Below are positions 47,244-56,073 of a stretch of 64,000 nt of DNA, piece by piece. Origin of the DNA: Pseudomonadota bacterium (GTDB lineage: Bacteria > Pseudomonadota > Gammaproteobacteria > Steroidobacterales > Woeseiaceae); NCBI GenBank assembly GCA_038749025.1, contig JBCDIL010000017.1, forward strand, positions 6,960-70,959. Reading direction: 5' to 3'. How positions within the stretch are numbered: position 1 is the stretch's first letter; the number at the start of each line of letters is the position of its first letter. The notes beneath the pieces are model-generated. The model was not told the DNA's origin, ran no database searches, and saw only the letters and a list, made by a program, of their open reading frames with translations. The translations under genes were made by a program, and so were the position numbers.

Positions 47244-48640
47244 AATCCCTCCGCGGCAATCGCTAAGGCCGAGCGCAAAATCGCACTCTTGTGTAAGACC
47301 TCGTGATACTCAGCCGTCGGGTCGCTGTCAGCGACGATGCCGGCGCCCGCCTGAAAACTGTATTGGTCACCGTCGAAGACCAGTGTCCGTATGGTTATCG
47401 CTTGATCCATGTCCCCGCTCTTGCCGAAATAGCCCACGGTCCCGGCGTACAACTCACGGTTGACGGGTTCGAGTTCGTCGATGATCTGCATGGCCCGCAC
47501 CTTCGGCGCTCCGACCAAGGTACCGGCGGGAAACGCTGCTGCAAATAGATCAAACGCGTCAGCGTTGTCGGCCAGTGTTCCAGTAACACCAGAGACAATA
47601 TGCATAACGTGACTGTAGCGCTCTATGGTCATGTACGGATCAACGGCGACAGTACCCACTTCAGCTACCCGGCCAAGATCATTGCGGGCTAAATCGACCA
47701 ACATCACGTGCTCGGCACATTCTTTCGGGTCAGCGAGCAACTCTTGCTCCAGCCGTCGGTCGGCATCGACGGATTCGCCGCGTGGGCGGGTACCGGCGAT
47801 CGGTCGCAATGACGCTTGGCGATCACCACAGCGGACGAGCGCCTCCGGTGACGATCCAGCCACCTGCAGACCGCCGATATCGAGATAGAACATGTACGGC
47901 GACGGGTTCAGCAGGCGTAGCGCCCGATACACATCGAACGGTGGCGGTCGGCCAGTGCCGGCAAACCGCACGGATAAGACAATCTGGTAGATGTCGCCCG
48001 CGCGAATGTACTGCTGACAACGCCGCACCAAGTCCTCAAACGTTTGTTGATCAAGGCTCGCCGTGGGTGGTGACGGCTTCGCGGCGCTCGCCATGACGGG
48101 CAGCGGACCACGCAGTAACTCGATAACGCGTTGTTTCAATCGACGGCGCTCCTCGTCACTGCCGGCATGCAACAACGCCATACGGCGGGTAAGGTGGTCG
48201 AAGACCAACACCGACTCGCAGCCGGCGTAGGCTGCGATGACACCATGCTCGGAAGGACGTTCCGTCGCTAGGCGCTCGAAGAAGCGGACAATGTCGTAAG
48301 CGGCATACCCGACCAGCCCCCCATCGAACGGTAAGTCGTCGATGGCCGGTGACAACGCGGGGGTCGCAGCCAGCGCCTCGCGCAGCAATGCTTTGAGACC
48401 TTCGGCATCGCTCGGCAACGCTCGTGTCGCGTTATCGATGCGTACACCATTGCGGCTGACGATGACTTCGGTAGCGGTTCCGAAACCCAGAAACGAGTAG
48501 CGTGCCAAACGCGTGCCGCCCTCGACGCTTTCCAGGAGGTAACGCGGCTGCAGCGACTGCAGCTTTAGATACGCCGAAACCGGCGTATCGAGATCGGCAG
48601 CGATATCGAAGTAGCCGGGCAGTTGCTCGCGGTCAGTCAT
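47240..48640 (-). CDS. trpE: anthranilate synthase component I
   Basis: LLESVEGG, NPSPYMFYL and GAGIVADSDP blocks. Confidence 0.95.
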   Translation of the reverse strand: MTDREQLPGYFDIAADLDTPVSAYLKLQSLQPRYLLESVEGGTRLARYSFLGFGTATEVIVSRNGVRIDNATRALPSDAEGLKALLREALAATPALSPAIDDLPFDGGLVGYAAYDIVRFFERLATERPSEHGVIAAYAGCESVLVFDHLTRRMALLHAGSDEERRRLKQRVIELLRGPLPVMASAAKPSPPTASLDQQTFEDLVRRCQQYIRAGDIYQIVLSVRFAGTGRPPPFDVYRALRLLNPSPYMFYLDIGGLQVAGSSPEALVRCGDRQASLRPIAGTRPRGESVDADRRLEQELLADPKECAEHVMLVDLARNDLGRVAEVGTVAVDPYMTIERYSHVMHIVSGVTGTLADNADAFDLFAAAFPAGTLVGAPKVRAMQIIDELEPVNRELYAGTVGYFGKSGDMDQAITIRTLVFDGDQYSFQAGAGIVADSDPTAEYHEVLHKSAILRSALAIAAEGL

Positions 48641-48681
48641 AGCGACATCCCGAAACTGTGTTCATTGCTTTTTTCCATGCC

Positions 48682-48715
48682 AAAAAAAAACCCACCTCGG
48701 TGTTGTCGAGATGGG
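48682..48715 (-). terminator. trp attenuator: intrinsic terminator in the trpE leader
   Basis: Minus strand reads CCCATCTCG-acaacac-CGAGGTGGG-TTTTTTTTT, a 9-bp stem with one G-U pair and a 7-nt loop. It lies 42 nt upstream of the trpE ATG. Confidence 0.75.
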
Positions 48716-48744
48716 CTTCCTGTGTCGGACTCTACAGTCGTGCG

Positions 48745-48810
48745 CTAGCGGATCACCCTCTCGTTGGAAGGCCACCACCAGGCTGTGTGCAGAGCGATAC
48801 TCGTCTTCAT
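48745..48810 (-). CDS. trpL: trp operon leader peptide (MKTSIALHTAWWWPSNERVIR)
   Basis: Not in the ORF track because it is too short. ATG 48810, three consecutive TGG codons at 48780-48772, and TAG at 48747-48745. It is followed by the hairpin and T9 terminator, then trpE. Confidence 0.7.
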   Translation of the reverse strand: MKTSIALHTAWWWPSNERVIR

Positions 48811-48816
48811 GGTTGG

Positions 48817-48846
48817 ATTGTTACCGCGTGCGGATGGTGCGGTCAA
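48817..48846 (-). promoter_or_regulatory. candidate sigma-70 promoter of the trp operon
   Basis: On the minus strand, TTGACC (48846-48841, overlapping the DUF885 stop codon), an 18-nt spacer, then AACAAT (48822-48817). The leader ATG lies 7 nt downstream and has no SD, which would mean a leaderless or near-leaderless transcript. Confidence 0.35.
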
Positions 48847-50675
48847 GACTCTTCGAGACCGAGTCGGCGCTGCTCTGCGGCGATAAAGCGACGAATCTCC
48901 TCATCGAGCACGGTCATTGGGATCGGCCCGTTGGCCAAAACCGCATCGTGGAATCGTCGCACATCAAACTGCTCCCCGAGCGCGCTTTGCGCTTCACGCC
49001 GCAGTTGCATAATGCGAATCATGCCAACCTTATAGGCCGTCGCCTGGCCGGGATAGACCAGGTAGCGTTCGATCGCGTTGACGACGTCGCCTTGCGGATT
49101 GGGCGTTGTCTCCAGCAAGTAGTCGATCGCCTGCTCACGACTCCAACGCTTCGCATGCAGCCCGGTATCAACGACCAACCGACAGGCGCGCCACAACTCC
49201 ATAGCGAGCCGACCAAAATCACTGTACGGGTCGGGGTAGGCATCAATCTCGGTAGGCAGCCACTCCGAATAAAGCCCCCAACCCTCCGAGAACGCTGTAA
49301 CGCGTCCGAATCGGCGAAACCGCGGTAACTCACCGAGCTCTTGTTGAATCGCGATTTGCATATGATGGCCCGGAATACCCTCGTGGTAGGCGAGCGCGCG
49401 CATCTGGTAGGTCGGCATGCGCTCCATGCGGTAAAGGTTCGCGTAGTAGACGCCAGGACGGCTGCCGTCCGCGGATGGTCGGCTATAAAACGCTTTGCCT
49501 GCTGATTTTTCGCGGAACGGCTCGACCCGACGGACAACCATATTGGCGGCCGGTTTGCGGGTGAATAACTCGTCGAGTCGCAAGCGCATCGCGTCGATAA
49601 TCGCCGTCGCCTCTTCCAAGTAACGTTGTCGGCCCGCGTCGGTATTCGGGTAGTAGAACTGCGCATCCGTGCGCGTGAATTCGAAAAACTCCGGCAGCGT
49701 ACCGTCAAAATTGACGGCGACCATGATCGCGCGCATCTCAGTATGGATCCGTGCAACCTCGTCGAGACCGATCTGGTGCAGCTCGTCAGCCGTCAGCGTG
49801 GTCGTCGTGTAGCGGCGCAGCATCGCCGCGTAGTACGCATCACCATCGGGCAAGGCCCAGACGCCGTTGTTGCCAACGGCTAATCGTTGGTTGGCACGGA
49901 GCGCCTCGACCAAGCGGCCGTAAGCTGGGCCGACGACATCGACGAGCGCAGCATCAGCGGCGGCCAGCAGTCGATTCGCATCGTCGCGGTCAAGGTTCAG
50001 GGCCGCTACCTTGGCCCGAAAATCAGCACGCAGGGTTGAGTCGTTTCCGGAATCATCGAACGGCGTACCGCGAGTCACATTGCCCGCCGCTTCTAGCGCC
50101 TGCGGAAACACCAAGGCCGGTGCGACGATCCCTTTAGCGGCGGAGCGCTCAAGCTGCGCGATAACCTCATCGAACAGCGGACCAACACCACGCAATCGGG
50201 CGATATAGGTCTCGGCATCGACCGGCGTTCGAACGCTATGGTTATTGATCAAGAAAGCCGGTACGTAGGTGTGAATTCCTGAGCGATGGTCGATGGGATA
50301 GTCGTGATCGCGCCAACGATACTCGGCGACTCGCTCCCGCAAATCGCGCTTTAGCAGACGCAGACTTAGTTCGTCCTGCCCACTAAACACCCGCTCATCG
50401 AATCGTATCGCGGCAGCGGCGAGATCGTTCTTGGTAATTTCGTGGGACTCAGCGGCAGACTCGACGCTGCGATCGCGCCACTCGGCGTCGCGGGTTCGCT
50501 CCCCAACGCGAGTTAGCTGCTCTGGGTTGCGGGCAAGCCGGGCCGCAAACACGGCTTCGAAAAACGTATTCAGCTCGGCGCTTGCCGTTGTGCCGCTGGT
50601 CGCCAAATCGCTGTTGGTCACCGTTTGGCAAGCGGCCAATGCGACGAGCGCGACAGTGGGTAACACCCATCGCAT
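48843..50675 (-). CDS. DUF885 family secreted protein (metallopeptidase-like)
   Basis: Signal peptide with lipobox-like LAAC. HEGIPGHHMQ block typical of DUF885. Confidence 0.8.
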   Translation of the reverse strand: MRWVLPTVALVALAACQTVTNSDLATSGTTASAELNTFFEAVFAARLARNPEQLTRVGERTRDAEWRDRSVESAAESHEITKNDLAAAAIRFDERVFSGQDELSLRLLKRDLRERVAEYRWRDHDYPIDHRSGIHTYVPAFLINNHSVRTPVDAETYIARLRGVGPLFDEVIAQLERSAAKGIVAPALVFPQALEAAGNVTRGTPFDDSGNDSTLRADFRAKVAALNLDRDDANRLLAAADAALVDVVGPAYGRLVEALRANQRLAVGNNGVWALPDGDAYYAAMLRRYTTTTLTADELHQIGLDEVARIHTEMRAIMVAVNFDGTLPEFFEFTRTDAQFYYPNTDAGRQRYLEEATAIIDAMRLRLDELFTRKPAANMVVRRVEPFREKSAGKAFYSRPSADGSRPGVYYANLYRMERMPTYQMRALAYHEGIPGHHMQIAIQQELGELPRFRRFGRVTAFSEGWGLYSEWLPTEIDAYPDPYSDFGRLAMELWRACRLVVDTGLHAKRWSREQAIDYLLETTPNPQGDVVNAIERYLVYPGQATAYKVGMIRIMQLRREAQSALGEQFDVRRFHDAVLANGPIPMTVLDEEIRRFIAAEQRRLGLEES

Positions 50676-50685
50676 CGCGATGTCC

Positions 50686-52551
50686 CTACAGACCGTAGAT
50701 GGCTGGCAAAACCAACGAAAACCCGAGCCACATAATGAGCGTTAGCGGTATACCAACACGCAAGAAATCGGAGAACTTGTAGCCGCCGGCACTGAAAATC
50801 AAGAGGTTGGTTTGATAGCCAATTGGCGTCGCATAACTCATGTTCGCACCGAACAAGACCGCCAGCACAAACGGTTCTGGGTCGGCGCCTAGTTGCGTCG
50901 CAATCGATATCGCGATCGGCGTGCCAATGACCGCAGCCGCGTTATTCGAGACGATGTTGGTGAGTATCGTCATGATCAACATGAAAGCGGCCAGAACGTA
51001 CGGTACTTCGAGCTCCGCGGTCAGCGCGACGAAGCGTTGCGCGATAAACTCGGCCATGCCGGTTTGCATCAAGGCAAAACCCAGCGCTAAGGAGGTAACA
51101 ACGATCATGATGATCGGGGCCGACAGCGCATCGGTGATGTCACGCCAACGCAGACAACCGGTCACCAGCATCAGACCCACGCCGGCAACGGCACCCGTCG
51201 AAATAGGGATGAGTCCGATCGCCGCAAAGCCGATCACCGCAGCCATGATCGCCAGCGCCCGATTGGCGCGATGGGTATGGGGTAAGTCGGTTGTACCGTC
51301 AAGCACCAACATTGTGCCGCTGGACTTTAAGCTCTCGATGGCGCCGCGTTTGCCTTGTACCAGCAAGACGTCACCGGCGCGCAGACGAACATTGCCAAGA
51401 TCGCTGGTGATCCGCGACGACGGCGTTCGGGCCCGATGAACGGCGAGTGGCAGCAATTTGGTGTTGGTTGAGAAATTGGTATCGGTCAGCGTTCGACGAT
51501 GCAGTGGCGAACCACGCGTTACAACGACTTCCGCCAACTGTTGACCCGGTGCGCTCAATGGCGTGTCGCTATCGTCATTCGGGGTAAACAGCTCCGCGCC
51601 GATCTCACGCTCGTAAGTCTTGAGATTGTCTGGCGTGTCTTTCACGTACAAGCGATCGCCCGCTTGCAAAACAACCGACGGTAGCTTCGCGAGAAACAGT
51701 GATTCGGTACGTTGAATACGATCGACGCGCATACGACCTTGCGTCTTCGCCAGTATCTCGGACAGCGTCTTGCCCGTCGCAAAGCCATCGTCGCGAATGG
51801 ACAGCTGCGCGCTGAATACACGAGGGGATGTGTCGTTTAACGGGGGTAAGCGTTGCGGCAGTAAACGTGGCGCGATCAGCCACAAGAACAAGATACCGAC
51901 ACCGCCGACGATTGCGACTGGCAGCGTGAAATCGAACATCGAGAATTGCGTCATGCCTTGCTCGCGGGCAAGACCAACCACCAATAGGTTTGTCGACGTA
52001 CCAATCGTCGTCGACATACCGCCGATGATCGTCGCAAGACCCATCGGCATGAGAACGCCTGACGGTGGTGTTTTGGTATCGAGCGACACAGCGACAAGAA
52101 TAGGCAGCAACAACACGACGATTGGCGTGTTATTCATGAACGCGCTTAACACCGCGCCGGCGATCAGCGTCGACAAAAACGCCAACACCGGCTTCACTCG
52201 CCACGCCCTCGCCACGAAACCCGCTAGCGGCTGCAACGCACCGGTCGCCTCCAGCCCGCGGCCAACGATCATCAGGGCACAAACAGCGACGAGCGCCTCG
52301 TTGCCGAACGCAACAAAGAAGTCGGCCGCGCCAATCTGCCCGTCCAGCCCGTCATACGGGAAAATCTCAAACAGCAGCAGCACGGTCACCAAGATCGCGA
52401 GCGCAGAGCTCTCCAGCGGAATGTGATCGCGTGTAAACAGGTACAACGCGAGCGCCGTCAGCAGCAGCACGACGATGCCGTGGATGTCAGGGGTGGCTTG
52501 CGGCACGCTTCTCTCGCAGTTGGCGCTGGCGTGTAACGGCCTCGCGGCCAT
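50686..52551 (-). CDS. SLC13/DASS-family permease with central TrkA-C domains
   Basis: Two TM bundles flank two RCK_C-like segments (..GKTLSEI..RVDRIQR.. and ..RRTLTD..LLPLAVHR..). Confidence 0.85.
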   Translation of the reverse strand: MAARPLHASANCERSVPQATPDIHGIVVLLLTALALYLFTRDHIPLESSALAILVTVLLLFEIFPYDGLDGQIGAADFFVAFGNEALVAVCALMIVGRGLEATGALQPLAGFVARAWRVKPVLAFLSTLIAGAVLSAFMNNTPIVVLLLPILVAVSLDTKTPPSGVLMPMGLATIIGGMSTTIGTSTNLLVVGLAREQGMTQFSMFDFTLPVAIVGGVGILFLWLIAPRLLPQRLPPLNDTSPRVFSAQLSIRDDGFATGKTLSEILAKTQGRMRVDRIQRTESLFLAKLPSVVLQAGDRLYVKDTPDNLKTYEREIGAELFTPNDDSDTPLSAPGQQLAEVVVTRGSPLHRRTLTDTNFSTNTKLLPLAVHRARTPSSRITSDLGNVRLRAGDVLLVQGKRGAIESLKSSGTMLVLDGTTDLPHTHRANRALAIMAAVIGFAAIGLIPISTGAVAGVGLMLVTGCLRWRDITDALSAPIIMIVVTSLALGFALMQTGMAEFIAQRFVALTAELEVPYVLAAFMLIMTILTNIVSNNAAAVIGTPIAISIATQLGADPEPFVLAVLFGANMSYATPIGYQTNLLIFSAGGYKFSDFLRVGIPLTLIMWLGFSLVLPAIYGL

Positions 52552-52610
52552 CGTTGCTGCGACGCAACACTCGCCGCAGCCATTATGCTAACGCAGGGCT
52601 GACCCGGGCG

Positions 52611-53975
52611 TCATGTACCGCTTGGGCGAGTCAGGGTGGCAGCGAGGTGACCAAACGCCGGTGTATCGCCCATTTTCGTGACGATCGCAGGCCAACGCTC
52701 GCCAAAACCAACACCATCGACGACGTTCAGGGCCTGACACCATGCGGCTGGACGCCGGTTAGACGATTGTCCGGCCCACAAGTCGGACAGGCAGGCCATC
52801 GTCAGATTACGGTGTCGATAAACATATCCGCGGGTGGCTATGCGCCAGCGCTCGCACCACACGTCGTAGTCCGCTCTCCCGATCAGGTGGCCGAGCGCTT
52901 GTTCTGGTGCTAGCGCGGCGTAGCCACCGTCACGGCGCGCCAACGCGGCCGAGTGGTCCTGTGCGGAATCGTTAAATTGACGCAACACGCGAGTCAGAAA
53001 CGCCACAGCGCGCTCGGTGTGGTTACCGAGACCGGCCAGCTGCACGAGCTCGCCTAGGTCGCGCGGCAACAAGGCCAGCCGTCGGTGCCGATAGGTGTCC
53101 CAAACATCGGCCGCGAGCGGCCACCGCACTTCGTCGATCAAGGCATCCGCCGCATCGATGATCTGCGCTAGTGCGCTGCTCAGCTCATCGCCGGCGAGAC
53201 CGCGGCGCGACCAGTAAGGCAGCAACGAAACACTGACCGGTAATGTGACGGCATTCGACGGCAAGCAAAGCCGCAACGTTGGCGACACGGTAGCGAACGG
53301 CTCATCGCCGAGCACCGGCGTCGTCGATCGAAGCCACCGCGGGAACACAGGTATCCAACGCGTTGGCCAGCGCCGTCTTTCACGCGGTAGCTGCGGCAAC
53401 TCGGCGCGCTGCACAATGACATGACAAGGCCACGCGCTAATGCTGCGCTCCTCGCAAAGCGCCGCCGCCTGCTCGAAGGTCACCTGCAATACGACCCGTT
53501 CGCGAGACGTCACGCGTGCGCAACCCAGACCGAGAAAGCGATCGATATCGTCGCAACTGGCCAGCGACAGGTCGACGCTATAAGCGCCGCGCTCAGCGGC
53601 CAATATGCTCGCGATTGCCGTACCGCCAGATAGCCAATCGCGGGCGGCATGTCCGGATATCGATCGTTCGGCAACGATCCACTGGCCGCTGTCCTCGACA
53701 ATGTGTGCGACCGCACGACAACGGCGCAATGCCATTAGGCGGCGCTGGACACGGGTTGTCGCCGCGAAGGAGTCAACCTCAGAAACAGACCGGACAAGCA
53801 TGCGCGTAAGCCTGACCGAGGTACGCGAATAGAGTTGCCCACATAAATCGTCCAATCGAGTGGTTTGGGCGGTGGCGGCCAATCTGCTATCGTCGCGCGC
53901 GTCAACTGATCGGAGCCAATCGTTGAGTTTTCGCGATCTAATAAGCACTTGGGAATCGACTCCCGAGGTACGCAA
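52611..53975 (-). CDS. degenerate ribonucleotide-reductase alpha-barrel-like protein (orphan; possibly a pseudoenzyme or decaying relic)
   Basis: This is the only long ORF in the interval, and third-codon positions are G+C-rich in this frame. Ordered matches to RNR large-subunit C-terminal blocks are listed in the findings. The track start 53975 is TTG without SD and overlaps the divergent small ORF; the first ATG is 53801. Confidence 0.4.
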   Translation of the reverse strand: MRTSGVDSQVLIRSRKLNDWLRSVDARDDSRLAATAQTTRLDDLCGQLYSRTSVRLTRMLVRSVSEVDSFAATTRVQRRLMALRRCRAVAHIVEDSGQWIVAERSISGHAARDWLSGGTAIASILAAERGAYSVDLSLASCDDIDRFLGLGCARVTSRERVVLQVTFEQAAALCEERSISAWPCHVIVQRAELPQLPRERRRWPTRWIPVFPRWLRSTTPVLGDEPFATVSPTLRLCLPSNAVTLPVSVSLLPYWSRRGLAGDELSSALAQIIDAADALIDEVRWPLAADVWDTYRHRRLALLPRDLGELVQLAGLGNHTERAVAFLTRVLRQFNDSAQDHSAALARRDGGYAALAPEQALGHLIGRADYDVWCERWRIATRGYVYRHRNLTMACLSDLWAGQSSNRRPAAWCQALNVVDGVGFGERWPAIVTKMGDTPAFGHLAATLTRPSGT

Positions 53976-54258
53976 GACCGATACCGATTACGCCGTTCGT
54001 TTACCGATCGGTGCTGCCGCCAAACTGCATGCGTTGGCCGATTTATACCCGGGCGCCGGCGTCGAGCAAATAATCACCGACCTGATGGAAATGGCGCTCA
54101 ATGAGGTAGCGACGGCACTGCCGTACGTCCCGGGTGAGCGCGTGATCAGCGAAGATGACTTCGGCGATCCCGTTTACGAAGACGCCGGTCCAACGCCGCA
54201 GTTTGAGCAACTGCGCCGCCAACACGAACAGCGTTTGAGTGAATCGGCAAGCGACTGA
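53923..54258 (+). CDS. small hypothetical protein translationally coupled to the ABC exporter
   Basis: TTG 53923 has GGAG 7 nt upstream. The 111-aa product is acidic at its C-terminus. Its stop lies 20 nt inside the downstream ABC gene. Confidence 0.4.
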   Translation: MSFRDLISTWESTPEVRKTDTDYAVRLPIGAAAKLHALADLYPGAGVEQIITDLMEMALNEVATALPYVPGERVISEDDFGDPVYEDAGPTPQFEQLRRQHEQRLSESASD

Positions 54259-56044
54259 CCCAGCTGGCTTAGGGGTTTTACGCTACACGCGCCGGGCTAT
54301 TGAGCTCGTTTGGCAAACCAGCAAACCGCTAACGATAACGCTCGCTGCGCTCACCATCATGGCTGGCCTCGCGCCGGCCGGGATCGCCTGGGTCGGTAAA
54401 CTGATCGTCGACGCCGTGGTCGCAGCGGCCTCCTCCACTGGCAGCGCGCGCGATGCGCTCGTCTACGTCGCGGTAGAAGGCGTGCTGGTAACGCTGCTCG
54501 CCGGGGCGCAACGCGGCATCGCCATCTGCCAAGCGCTACTGCGCTCACTGCTAGCTAACCGTGTCAATGTGCTGATCCTTGAAAAGGCGTTAACGCTGTC
54601 ACTCACGCAATTCGAGGACTCGGAGTTTTACGACAAACTAAACCGCGCGCGGCGCGATGCGTCATCGCGACCCCTTAGCCTAGTCAACCGCACCTTTGCA
54701 TTAGCGCAAAACGGTATTGCGCTGCTCGGTTTTGCCGGCTTGTTGCTGCAGTTCTCGCCGCTGGCCGTACTGATTCTGACAGCGGCAGGTATTCCGGCTT
54801 TTATCGCCGAAACCCGCTTTTCCGATCAGGCTTTTGCATTGAGTCGGCGTCGGTCGCCTGAGCTTCGCAAACAGTGGTACCTCGAAACGGTGCTGGCGCG
54901 CGAAGACCACGCCAAGGAGGTCAAACTGTTTCGCTTGGGCGAGAAGTTGCTGAGTCGCTACCAAACGATCTTTCAGCGCTTACACACCGATACCCGCGCG
55001 CTGACACTACGGCGTGAATTGTGGGGGCTGGTTCTCGGCATCCTAGGCACGATCGCGTTCTACGGCACCTATGCCTGGATAGCCATCGCGGCCGTCAGCG
55101 GGGCAATTACGCTCGGCGAGATGACGATGTACCTGCTGGTCTTTAAGCAAGGACAGTCTGCCGTTGGTTCTAACTTGTCCGCAATCAGCGGCATGTACGA
55201 GGACAATTTGTACCTGTCGAACCTGTACGAGTATTTGGAACAGCCGGCCGAACGCCATACCGGTAGCGCGACGGTTGGGCGAACTCCCGGCGATGGCGTG
55301 CGTTTCGCCAGCGTTAGCTTCACATACCCGGGAGCCGAGCGAGCCGCGCTGAACAACGTGACCTTGCACATCGCACCCGGCAAGAGCCTGGCGTTGGTCG
55401 GTGAAAACGGCGCCGGTAAAACGACGTTGATAAAACTAATGACCGGCTTGTACACACCGCAGCAAGGTGCGGTGCTACTCGACGGCACGCCGCTCAAAGA
55501 ATGGGATCGAGATGTTCTCGACCGCCGCTTCGGCGTGATTTTCCAAGATTTCGCCCGCTACCAGATGACCGTCGGCGAAAATGTTGGCGCGGGCGATGTC
55601 GACAATTTCGACGATACGGTACGCTGGCATGAAGCCGCAACGAGAGGGCTTGCCCACCCGTTTATTGAACAATTGCCCGATCAATACGCGACCCTGCTCG
55701 GCCGTTGGTTCGCCGGCGGTCAGGAGCTATCGAGCGGGCAATGGCAAAAAATTGCTTTGGCGCGGGCGTTTATGGATCGCTCGGCCGACATTTTGATTCT
55801 GGATGAACCGACCGCCGCCGTCGACGCAGCGGCCGAGGCAGCCATGTTTGAGCATTTCCATGAGATGAGCCGCGACAAGATCACGATCCTAATCTCGCAC
55901 CGATTTTCCACCGTCCGTCGTGCCGATCAGATTGTTGTTGTGGCCGATGGTCAGATCATCGAGCAAGGTGACCATGATGAACTCATGTCAGCCAACGGCC
56001 ACTACGCTACACTCTTCCGGCTACAGGCCGCAGGCTACCGCTGA
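54239..56044 (+). CDS. ABC exporter, fused permease/ATPase (MsbA-like type I exporter)
   Basis: A 6-TM domain followed by an NBD with Walker A GENGAGKTT, signature LSSGQWQ and Walker B ILILDEPT. Confidence 0.9.
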   Translation: MNRQATDPAGLGVLRYTRRAIELVWQTSKPLTITLAALTIMAGLAPAGIAWVGKLIVDAVVAAASSTGSARDALVYVAVEGVLVTLLAGAQRGIAICQALLRSLLANRVNVLILEKALTLSLTQFEDSEFYDKLNRARRDASSRPLSLVNRTFALAQNGIALLGFAGLLLQFSPLAVLILTAAGIPAFIAETRFSDQAFALSRRRSPELRKQWYLETVLAREDHAKEVKLFRLGEKLLSRYQTIFQRLHTDTRALTLRRELWGLVLGILGTIAFYGTYAWIAIAAVSGAITLGEMTMYLLVFKQGQSAVGSNLSAISGMYEDNLYLSNLYEYLEQPAERHTGSATVGRTPGDGVRFASVSFTYPGAERAALNNVTLHIAPGKSLALVGENGAGKTTLIKLMTGLYTPQQGAVLLDGTPLKEWDRDVLDRRFGVIFQDFARYQMTVGENVGAGDVDNFDDTVRWHEAATRGLAHPFIEQLPDQYATLLGRWFAGGQELSSGQWQKIALARAFMDRSADILILDEPTAAVDAAAEAAMFEHFHEMSRDKITILISHRFSTVRRADQIVVVADGQIIEQGDHDELMSANGHYATLFRLQAAGYR

Positions 56045-56073
56045 CGGCGGCTCGCAAACTGAAGGAGACAACG

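Noticed and set aside
52554-52913. 119-codon plus-strand ORF opposite the 3' part of the RNR-like ORF.
   Set aside because: It is Arg-rich with no motifs. The minus frame has the G+C-rich third-codon positions and the ordered family blocks.
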